Assembly (NCBI RefSeq): GCF_964355755.1
Contig: NC_092677.1
Coordinates: 828,101-892,100, forward strand
Length of the DNA stretch: 64,000 nucleotides
Direction: 5' to 3'
DNA from: Antedon mediterranea
Taxonomy: Eukaryota; Animalia; Echinodermata
Below are positions 50,930 through 62,700 of the stretch, piece after piece; position 1 is the first letter of the stretch; each line of letters begins with the position of its first letter. The notes beneath the pieces are model-generated. The model saw only the letters and a list, made by a program, of their open reading frames with translations, ran no database searches and was not told where the DNA came from. Position numbers and translations under genes: made by a program.

Positions 50930-52124
50930 CTAGATTTGAACTCGTCACTACGTACGAGTTAGGTTATCCGCAGCGCAAAGGCCACGTGCACGTCATACGT
51001 TAGAATATTGCGCGCAGAAAAACGATTATGCCATTTAAAAAATGTTAGTGCGCTCTCAATTTTGCGTCACGTCTGAGTATATACGGTATACACTATAACT
51101 GTATACGTACTACATACAGTGCAGAATAGGTGAAAATAAGTGACCAAAGTTATTAACGCTTTTGAACATGATGACGTCATAACAATTTTAAAAATGGTGA
51201 ATCAATCGAAAGATAATTGATTGACCTAGGCAATATATAAAAATGGGGGAAAATGGAATACGGATAAGTGGAGATGCGCTCTATTAAATGTGACGAGCTA
51301 TGACGAAAGAGACAAAAATCCTATGTTTTATATTCGAGTGGCCAAATGATGACGTCACAATGTCCGGTTAGCCATATTGATGCATGATTCGATATCTGCA
51401 ACTCATCTACTACCAGAATATGTAATTATAAAAAAGTTCACCACGTAGTTTAGAATCTATGACAGTTTAAAAAAAGGCATAATTTTGTCAAATTTTTGAA
51501 CTTTTTCATCAAAAATGCGCGCAAATTGTTTCATTCTACGTGCTCGTATGACGTGATTTTAAGTCTAAATTGATTTAAAATTGATAAATTTACTAGAAAA
51601 GGCTGAAAAAACAAAAATCAAGCAAAAAAATGATGTTTTTGCTCTACGTGTGCACGCGCGCGTAAAAAATTTGCGCACGGGTGGGAATTTTTGAAATGCT
51701 CAAAATGACATGAAACGCGTAGAAAGTTGATTAGAAATTGATTTTTCGCATTTTAAAATTTCAAACGCGCGTGCGCGCGTAACTTTTTGTGAAACATGCC
51801 ATTTTTAATCCATAGAAAATTTGCGCATGATATCACTTAAATTTTCACAAAGTTTCAATACAAAACAACTTTTAGTTTTTATTCTGTGATCAATCATTGA
51901 AATTCATAAAATCGCGCGTAACTTACGCTGCGCAACTCCAAAATCGTCCAAAAGCTTGGCTGCACATCTACAGCGATAGGTCAACCTTATGACAAAGTTA
52001 TACAATCTTATGTTGGCCACAAGATAGAGATATGCTGCGAACAAAAATCGTGGAAAGAAAGAAGAACATAGAAAAAAAAAGATCCTGACAATAACAAGAG
52101 GTTATCCGCCAAGTGCGGATAACC
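50930..52124. mobile_element. Non-autonomous Helentron (HINE) E, complete, followed by an extra orphan right end (52148-52191)
   Basis: Left end CTAGATTTGAACTCGTC at 50930. Right hairpins end at 52124 and 52191. Confidence 0.9.
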
Positions 52125-52201
52125 AAAAAAAAAAAAAAAAAAAAAAAGATCCTGACAATAACAAGGGGTTATCCGCCAAGTGCGGATAACCAAAAAAAAA
52201 A

Positions 52202-53346
52202 CTAGACTTGAACTCGTCACTACGGACGAGTTAGGTTATCCGCAGCGCAAAGGCCACGTGCACGTCATACGTTGGAATATTGCGCGCAGACAAACGATTA
52301 AGGCATTGAAACAATTTCAGTGTGCTCTCTATTTTTCGTCACGTCTAAGTATATACGGTATAACACTATATATTGTATACCTAATACATACAGTGCAGAA
52401 TAGGTAAAAATAAGTGACCAAAGTTATTGACGCTTTTGAACATGATGACGTCATCACAATTTTTCAAATGGTGAATCGTGCGAAAGATAATTGATTGACC
52501 TAGACAACATAACAAAATGGGGGGAAATGGAATACGGATAAGTGGAGATGCGCTCTAGTAAATGTGATGAGCTATGCGAAAGAGACAAAAATCCTAAATT
52601 TTATATTCCAGTGGCCATGCGATGACGTCACAATGTCCGGTTAGCCATATGGATGCATGATTTGATATCTGCAACTCATCTACATTCAGAATATGTAATT
52701 TTAAAAAAGTTCACCACGTAGTTTAGAATCTATGACTGTTTAAAAAAAGGCATAATTTTGACAAATTTTTGAACTTTTTCATCAAAAATGCGCGTAAATT
52801 GTTTAATTCTACGTGCTCGTATGACGTGATTTTAAGTTGAAATTGTTTGAAAGTTGGTAAATTTGCTAAAAAAGACAGGAAAAACAAAAATCAAGCAAAA
52901 AAATGATGTTTTTGCGCTACGTGCGCACGCGCGCGTAAAAAAATTGCGCACGCGTGGGAATTTTTCAAATGCTCTAAATGACCTGAAACGCGTAGAAAGT
53001 TGATTAGAAATTGAATTTTCGCATTTTGAAATTTTAAGCGCGCGTGCACGCGTAACTTTTTGTAAAACATGCCTTTTTTAATCCAAAGAAAGTTTGCGCA
53101 TGATATGACTTAAATTTTCACCAAGTTTCAATAGAAAATGACTTTTCATTTTTAATCTATGATCAATCATTGAAATTCATAAAATCGCGCGTAACTTACG
53201 CTGCGCGACTCAAAATTTTAAAAAAAAAGTTTCTTGCACATCTACAGCTACAGAGCAATCTTTTGACAAAGTTATACAATCATATGTTGGCCAGAATTAG
53301 AGATACGCTGCGAACAAAAATCGTGGAAAGAAAGAAGAACATAGAA
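52202..53346. mobile_element. Non-autonomous Helentron (HINE) F, right end missing
   Basis: Left end CTAGACTTGAACTCGTC. Breaks at GAAGAACATAGAA|CTAG, where E continues AAAAAAAAGATCC. Confidence 0.88.
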
Positions 53347-54497
53347 CTAGATTTGAACTCGTCACTGCGGACGAGTTAGGTTATCCGCAGTCCTAAAGCC
53401 ACGTGCACGTCATACGTTGGAATATTGCGCGCAGAAAAACGATTATGCCATTGAAAAAATGTGAGTGCGCTCTCTATTTTGTGTCACGTCAAAGTGTATA
53501 CGGTATACACTATATACCGTATACGTACTACATACAGTTCAGAATAGGTGAAAATAAGTGACCAAAGTTATTGACGCTTTTGCACATGATGACGTCATAA
53601 CAATTTTTAAAATGGTGAATCATGCGAAAGATAATTGATTGACATAGACAATATAAAGAAATGGAGGGCAATGGAATACGGATAAGTGAAGATGCGCTCT
53701 ATTAAATGTGATGAGCTATACGAAAGAGAAAAAAATCCTATATTTTATATTCGAGTGGCCATACGATGACGTCACAATGTCCTGATAGCCATATTGATAC
53801 ATGATTCGATATCTACAACTCATCTACTACCAGAATATGTAATTATAAAAAAGTTTACCACGTAATTTAGAATCTATGACTGTTTAAAAAAAGGCATAAT
53901 TTTGACAAATTTTTGGACTTTTTCATCAAAATTGCGCGCAAATTGTTTAATTCTACGTGCTCGTATGACGAGATTTATAAGGCAAAATTGATTGAAAATT
54001 GGTAAATTTATTATAAAAGACAGGAAAAACAAAAATCAAGCAAAAAAATGAGGTTTTTGCGCTACGTGCGCACGCGCGCGTAAAAAAATTGCGCACGCGT
54101 GGGAATTTTTGAAATGCTCAAAATGACATGAAACGCGTAGAAAGTTGATTAGAAATTGATTTTTCGCATTTTGAAATTTTAAAAGCGCGTGCGCGCGTAA
54201 TTTTTTTAAAACATGCCATTTTTAATCCATAGAAAGTTTGCGCATGATATGACTTAAATTTTCACCAAGTTTCAATAGAAAATGACTTTTGGTTTTTAAT
54301 CTATGATCAATCATTGAAATTCATAAAATCGCGCGTAACTTACGCTGCGCGACTCAAAATTCATAAAAAAAGTTTCTTGCACATCTACAGCTACAGGGCA
54401 ATCTTATGACAAAGTTACACAATCTTATGTTAACCAGAAGATAGAGATATGCTGCGAACAAAATTCGTGGAAAGAAAGAAGAATATCGAAAAAAAAA
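53347..54497. mobile_element. Non-autonomous Helentron (HINE) G, right end missing
   Basis: Left end at 53347. Interrupted in its A-tract by the copy 3 left end. Confidence 0.88.
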
Positions 54498-55519
54498 CTA
54501 GATTTGAACTCGTCACTGCGGACGAGTTAGGTTATCCGCGAAAACGCAACGTCTAATAATATACACGTAGAATACATATAATAGGTCTGACGTGAAAACT
54601 AATTTTCGTTATTCGTTAAATATTGGTAATTTTGGCGAGGATTGCATGCCATACTGTAGGTGAACCGAATTTCGAGAAAATTCGACAACGTGTTGTGTTG
54701 TGGTATGTCGTTGGTAAACTCCATGTTGGTTTTTAAGAGTCGCTCTCTGATAATATTGTTACAAATACCATTTTATATCGTCGAACTTCAACGATTAAAT
54801 AAATAAATAACAAACTCAAGTTTGTTGAGAATTGATATACTATAAGAAATAGGTAAGAAATTATGTGGATTGTTTGATTTGTAGTTGTTTTGTAATTGCT
54901 ACTTACTAACGATACCCTAGCCTACTATAGATATACGGAAGGATGTCAGACTTTCAGAGACGGCCGGCAAACGTCGTGACGTTTTTCAGCCCGATGGCTT
55001 TCGTAGCAGCACGACAATCGTGTATGGCCATGTGTATGTTAAATACGGTCCCGGTAAATACGAACAAATATGTCTGCTACATTCATAGTGTACCTAGGCC
55101 TAGCCTGTACAAGAATACTTGCTGTTTTTAGTAGGACTAAACGGCGCTAGTTCCCTTTTGCACCTGGCTTATATTATATTAACTCTAGCTTAATTTTTAG
55201 TTGTATAAATTCTTAAAGAGAAGAAACAATGACTCGTTCTTCTTACAATAGCATGTTGTCTAGGCTTACTCCAGTAGTCCTAGTAGTAGTGACGTAGGTC
55301 AGCGCAGTTCCCTTTCGCACCTGTCATTGTTACAAATATTGTGGATGTTTTGATCACAATTTGTATTGATATTTATAATAATAATATATTTTTGTCTTGT
55401 AGCTGTTGGAAGAGATACACAATTGTTTCTACTTTAGTATCTCTAGAATATTGTAAGTAGTGTATATTAAATAAATAGTTTGTAGAGATGATTAATGGTT
55501 TCATGATTGGGAGTGAACT

Positions 55520-58110
55520 GTTGCCTGTTATTTTGTAGGCATTTTCTATTATGAAACATTTACATAATTCAGATTTTATTGTTTGTGAATAAAATAAGTT
55601 ATTTTGAGGAAATTTCTTAATTTTTCAGACATTGATTAAGAAGCTTGTTGATTTGGAAAAAGTGTTAATGTTGTTTATTACCATTATCAATGTTTTTCCT
55701 TGTTTTTTTTAGATTGTAGAAAATATACAGTTTCAGCTACAGCTGTGAGTATCAGTAGATTATTTGTTAAACGGAGAAAACATATTTTCCTTGCTTTGTG
55801 AACTGTTGCCTGTTATTTTGTAGGCATTTTATATTATGAAACATTTAAATAATTCAGATTTTATGGTTTGTGAATAAGATATTAAATGAACGTAGTATTG
55901 AGACAACATGTAGACCCCAATCAGCCGGCCCATACCCAAAGTTATTTTGAGGAAATTTCTTAATTTTTCAGACATTGATTAAGAAGCTTGTTGATTTGGA
56001 AAAAGTGTTAATGTTGTTTATCGCCATTATCAATGTTTTTCCTTGTTTTTTTTAGATTGTAGAAAATTAACAGTTTCAGCTACAGCTGTGAGTATTAGTA
56101 GATTATCTGTTAAATGGAGAAAACATATTTTCCTTACTTTGTGAACTGTTGCTTGCCCTAATCAGCCGGCCCATACCCAAAGTCATTTTGAGGAAATTTC
56201 CTAATTTTTCAGACATTGATTAAGAAGCATGTTGATTTAGCAAAAGGGTTAATGTTGTTTATTGCCATTATCAATGTTTTCCTTGTTGTTTTTAGATTGT
56301 AGAAAATATACAGTGTTAGCTACAGCTGTGAGTATTAGTAGGTTATCTGTTAAATTGAGAAAACATATTTTTCTTACTTTGTGAACAGTTGCCTGTTATT
56401 TTGTAGGCATTTTCTATTATGAAACATTTACAGCATTCAGATTTTATGGTTTGTGAATAAAATAATAAATGAAATTAGCATTGAGACAACATGTAGGCCG
56501 TAACCAGCTGTCTCATACCCAAAGTCATTTTGAGGAATTTCTTAATTTTTCAGACCTCGATTAAGAAGCATGTTGATTTGGAAAAAGTGTTAATGTTGTT
56601 TATTGCCATTATCAATGTTTTTCCTTGTTTTTTTTTTAGATTGTAGAAAATTAACAGTTTCAGCTACAGCTGTGAGTATTAGTAGATTATCTGTTAAACG
56701 GAGAAAACATATTTTCCTTACTTTGTGAACTGTTGCCTGTTATTTTGTAGGCATTTTATATTATGAAACATTTACATAATTCAGATTTTATGGTTTGTGA
56801 ATAAGATATTAAATGAAATTAGTATTGAGACAACATGTAGACCCCAATCAGCCGGCCCATACCCAAAGTTGTTTTGAGAAAATTTCTTAATTTTTCAGAC
56901 ATTGATTAGAAGCATGTTGATTTAGCAAAAGGGTTAATGTTGTTTATTGCCATTATCAATGTTTTTTCTTGTTGTTTTTAGATTATAGAAAATATACAGT
57001 GTTAGCTATAGCTGTGAGTATTAGTAGATTATCTGTTAAACGGAGAAAACATATTTTCCTTACTTTGTGAACAGTTGCCTGTTATTTTGTAGGCATTTTC
57101 TATTATGAAACATTTACATAATTCAGATTTTATGGTTTGTGAATAAGATATTAAATGAAATTAGTTTTGAGACAACATGTAGACCCCAATCATCTGGCCC
57201 ATATCCAAAGTTATTTTGAGGAAATTTCTTAATTTTTCAGACATTGATTAAGAAGCATGTTGATTTAACAAAAGGGTTAATGTTGTTTTTTTGCCATTAT
57301 CAATGTTTTTCCTTGTTGTTTTTAGATTGTAGAAAATATACAGTGTTAGCTACAGCTGTGAGTATCAGTAGGTTATCTGTTAAACGGAGAAAACATATTT
57401 TCCTTACTTTGTGAACAGTTGCCTGTTATTTTGTAGGCATTTTCTATTATGTAACATTTACATAATTCAGATTTTATGGTTTGTGAATAAAATATTAAAT
57501 GAAATTAGCATTAAGACAACATGTAGGCCTAACCAGCTGTCTCATACCCAAAGTCATTTTAAGGAATTTCTTAATTTTTCAGACATTGATTAAAAAGCAT
57601 GTTGATTTGGAAAAAGTGTTAATGTTGTTTATTGCCAATTATTAATGTTTTTCCTTGTTTTTTTTTTTAGATTGTAGAACATATACAGTGTCAGCTACAG
57701 CTGTGAGTATTAGTAGATTATCTGTTAAACGGATAAAACATATTTTCTTTACTTTGTGAACCGTTGCCTGTTATTTTGTAGGCATGTTCTATTATGAAAC
57801 ATTTACATAATTCAGATTTTATGGTTTGTGAATAAAATATTAAATGAAATTAGCATTGAGACAACATGTAGGCCCTAACCAGCTGTCTAATACCCAAATT
57901 CATTTTGAGAAAATTTCTTAATTTTTCAGACATTGATTAAGAAGCATGTTGATTTTGAAAAAGTGTTAATGTTGTTTATTGCCATTATTAATGATTTTCC
58001 TTTTATTTTTTAGATTGTAGTTGTACAGAAAATATACAGTGCCAGTTACAGCTGTGAGTATTAGAAAATTATCTGTAAAACGGAAAAAACATATTTTCCT
58101 TACTTTATGC
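55520..58110 (+). repeat. ~343-bp micro-exon array (copy 3), 8 cores
   Basis: Cores at about 55736, 56079, 56319, 56662, 57006, 57350, 57693 and 58045. Confidence 0.93.
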
Positions 58111-58844
58111 CCTCCAATAATTGATAAACATGTGTTGTTTGTAAATTTACTATACTGAGTGACCAAATATGTTTGTGTATAAAATTCTATTTTATTAGAA
58201 CATTGAATAATTAAACCTATTTTCAGATTAATTTTGAAGGTGAAATTGTTATGAAAGAATTTGTTTCCGACACATTCCATGTAATGAAGTTTTGACATAT
58301 TTTTAGGTCAAAATATCTTCTATAGTGATTTATTTATATTGTATAAACCAAAGTCACAAATATATTATCACAATTTACTTCAAAATTTGGGACAATCATC
58401 CTTTTTAACATAAATGTGGTGGTCAGTTTCTCCAGACATAAATTTGCAATTTTATAAAATGGGTCTATCCTGAATTTAGTAATGAGTTGGTCCTAATTTG
58501 TTTTGCTAGGCCCAATAGATCATGTTACATTCCACAGGGGGGATGTGTATATTATTATTTAGGTATTTGTAAAAACACTGATTTATCTACTGATTCAATT
58601 TATAATTGTTTGACTGTAATTCTTAGTACTGTACAGTGTATCTTAAAATTAATAACTAACTCTTTTTTTTTCTTTTATTGTAGGTGACTGTCTTATATAA
58701 ACCCACTGGATCTCAGAAGAGATCCGGGTCTTTAGAAAAAGATCCACTCTCCAAAGAGAGTTTCTACGAGGGGTTACCGAATTTTAATATTTATGCACAA
58801 TTTCTTTTTAAACATTTTTTAAAAGTATCTTTGAAACATTCAGT

Positions 58845-59205
58845 AAAACCTTGAAGTAAACAGAAGTTTATCACAAGGAAAAAACTAATAAACAAAAGTT
58901 TATTACAAACCATTTTTGCAAAAGCAAAAGTGTAAAACCTTGAAGATAACAAAAGTTAATCACAAGGAAACAACTAATAAACAAAAGTTTATTACAAAAC
59001 CATTTTTGCAAAAGCAAAAGTGTCAAACCTTGAAGATAACAGAAGTTAATCACAAGGAAACAACTAATAAACAAAAGTTTATTACAAAACCATTTTTGCA
59101 AAAGCAAAAGTGTAAAACCTTGAAGATAACAGAAGTTAATCACAAGGAAACAACTAATAAACAAAAGTTTATTACAAAACCATTTTTGCAAAAGCAAAAG
59201 TTTAA
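58845..59205 (+). repeat. 90-bp tandem repeat in the putative 5'UTR (copy 3, ~4 units)
   Basis: Same unit as 13341-13580 with more copies. Confidence 0.9.
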
Positions 59206-59764
59206 AGTTAAAGTTTGATTATACAAACAAAAGTTTGAAGAATAAAACAGAAGCTTATTATAAAGAAATAAATATTAAACAGAGTATATTACAAAAGAAT
59301 TAATTAAAGACGATTTAAAGATCACTTTTATTTGAATCTGTTATTAAGTAGAATTGTAAAAAGAATAAAAATTAGAATCTGAAACTATTTAGCATAACCA
59401 AGTATTAAAGAGAAGTTTAAAATAATATTTATAATAATATTAAATAGTATTTCATTAAGCCAATATTAAGCAGAAGCTAATTTTTTTATTCAGTGAAATT
59501 GTATAATTGAACTATTAAAAAAAAAGCAGACAAAAAAAAAATATATTAAAAGAAAAAAAATTAGGACAAAAATTAAAAATCATAGAAACAAAAGACAATA
59601 TAAAATTGAATTGTTTTTGGAATTTTAATAATTTATTTTGTTTTAGCAAGGATTTCTTGAATTGATAAAAAGAACTTAATTGTAATATTCATTGGAATTG
59701 CAGAATACAAAGTTTATTAATTTGAAGAAATTTGTAGGTTTGTTTCTTATACAAATTTTAAATA

Positions 59765-62700
59765 ATGGATATGGAATTCATAACATTAGTTGGTATCTTT
59801 TTGTTGATTATCTTTACAATGATAATTTATTTGTGTAAGAATGTGAATAAAGAAGTTACAAGTAAAAAGCAGATTTTTGTCAATACAACTGGTAATGTTA
59901 ATAATGGAGTTATGGATAAGACAGCAGAATTTAAAATAGTTGTTAATGACATCTTGGACCTACTTGATGAATGCTGTTCAACTGAGAATGTCAAAGACGA
60001 CAGAAATGATGATACAGGTAATGTCAATTGTGAATTTATGAAAGATACAACTGAATTTAAAGGAATAATTGATGATATCATAAACATATTATCTTATGGT
60101 ACAGAGGTCACTTCAGAGTTTGATGATACATGCGATTTCTGTAATATTGAAGTGAAAGTAGACGACAATTGCATAACATGTGACTGTTGTAGTCAATATT
60201 TTCATGTGAAATGTGTAAGAGATGTTTTTGAAGACAAACTATGTAATTCCAGGGTAATTTGGATTTGTTCAATGTGTGGGAATAATAATTTTGTTGATAA
60301 CATGTTTGGCGAAATAGGTATTCCCTGTCATTTCAATAGATATACGATTCTAGAACCTGATGAATCTGTTACTTCAGACTTTCCAGAATTAATGAAAAAT
60401 AAAGAAAAACGTTGTAATAATGCCAAATTAAAATGTCAACAAACAGGAAGTGAAGATTTACTTGGTAGTGATTGGATCAGAGTAAGATCAAAGAAAAGAA
60501 CCGACAACAGAAAAAAAAGATGTAAAAATAGAGGAAATAAGAAAAGGAGAAAGCGCGTTATAAATGGTATAAGTATAGAACCAGGTGTAAAATATATTGG
60601 CAAAGGTGTAAAAGATTTCTATGAAAGACAAAATAATAACAAAATGGAATGGAATATGAATACAAATACTTACAGAGAATACAACAAAGAAAATGGTAAA
60701 ACGAATATATTGGGAAATTCACAAACAATAATTGACGACAGTGGTAGGCCTATGTGTGATGATTTGAAAAATACAAAAGTAACGCACGGAATACAACAAC
60801 AATCAGGTGGTGGTTCGAAACGTTTACGAAATAACAAGGGTCGTTTTGTCAAAACTAAGAAGATTGATAACAAAAAAGCACAAGGTAATGTGAATTTAAA
60901 GAATGATTGTGATACTATGGAACGGTTTGGCAAAGATATAAAGAACATGGGTAATAATGACAATTCTGAAACGAAAACTGACGAGGATTTTAAAATGAAA
61001 TGTACTGTAGAAAACGACAACACAGCGACTGACGATGCGAAAGCACAAAATAATAGCAAAATGAATGACAGAAGTAGAATAATTGATAGTAATGGTACAG
61101 ATCATAAAAATCAAACATGTGCAAGTTGTGAATTTGAGGAAAATGAAGTATTGATAATTGATGACGGATGCAAAAAAGCAGTGACTGAAAAACTTAGGTC
61201 CCATACTAAACCTAAATGTGACCAACATACTATCGATCCGGATATTGAAGTTTTAAGAAAAAATAATTTTTCGGAAGAATTGATAATCGATGATGTACCA
61301 AAACAAAAAAATACACGAAAAAGGCAGAAAACACAATCAATAAATGAATTACAAGTATATAATAGTAATGAAAATATAACTGTAGCACAGGGTAATTTTA
61401 ATCAAGGGAATTATAGATTTGGCTTTGCTAGTGGTAAACAGTGTGTTGCAAATAGTCTTGTAGCTATTCTTTATTCTACAAAGAGGAATGGAAATGAATT
61501 TTACACCAAAGACCTTGATACAATATTGACTCTTGGAAATGAGTTGTACCGTTACATTCAGAAAGATTCCACTATGCACGAGGACCTTTTAATGATTTCT
61601 GAACTGCCGAAAGAATTGGATATCTTGGATAACACATTTGTAATATCTCCCAAAGAATCAGTTTTTGGCATAATAGATGGGAATCTCGAATTTATGGCTG
61701 AATATGGAGCCTTGTCATTAAACCAAGCTCTTGAACAAGAATTACACCAACATGATGCATTTTTTATAAATTTCAACAGAAGCACATTTTCTATTATCAA
61801 ACGTGTAAATGGATTTCTTATATTTGATCCACATGCAAGAGATCGATTTGGTTGTGTTAGTGAACATGGAAAGAGTATTTTAATTTACAGTCCATCTTGG
61901 CAAGGTGTGTACGATTATTGTATAAGATTAGCAAGGTCAATGAACTGTAATTTACATGAAACCGAGTTTGAACTGACTGGTGTAAATATTGAAAATAAGT
62001 CTATGATGTTATGTTCCGCTTCTGTGTTCGATGAAAGCAACTTGGAAAATGTCGATGTTGATGAACCTAGTACGTCTTATCAGTATAAATGTAGTACACG
62101 ATTATCTGACAAGAATATTGATTCTAAAGTTAAAGGTCAAAAACATAATAAAGAAACTCATGTCTCATCAAGTAATGGATGGCAAAGTGATAGTGATATT
62201 GAAATTGTTAATGTTCAGTATGAAGAAAGACCTGACAAGAATTTTAAATTTATTCCTATCTCAGAAGCACAAAAGAAAAACATGTGTAATGAAGTACGCA
62301 TTCATTGTGAACATACCGATATGAATTGTGGTATTAACAGAGCTAGTCAGATTGGACATCCTCTTCAAATTACGAATATTACAGGTGATGGTAATTGTTT
62401 TTATCGTGCAATTTCATACATTATTTCTGGGACTGAAGATAATCATTTACTTTTAAGAAGAGCAATTACTAATCATTTATTGGAAACTGATGACTTATTT
62501 ATTAATACATTTAGTCACAAATATAGATCAGTTAAGGAATATGTGTTTAAAAAAAGAGTAATGGATAATGGAACGTGGGCATCCAATACTGAAATAAGTG
62601 CAATGGCAAATTTGCTTAATACAGATATTTATTCATTTAATGATCAACTTTTGACGTGGCAATTGTTTTCTGCTAAAAAGCCGGGAAGAATAGATGATGT

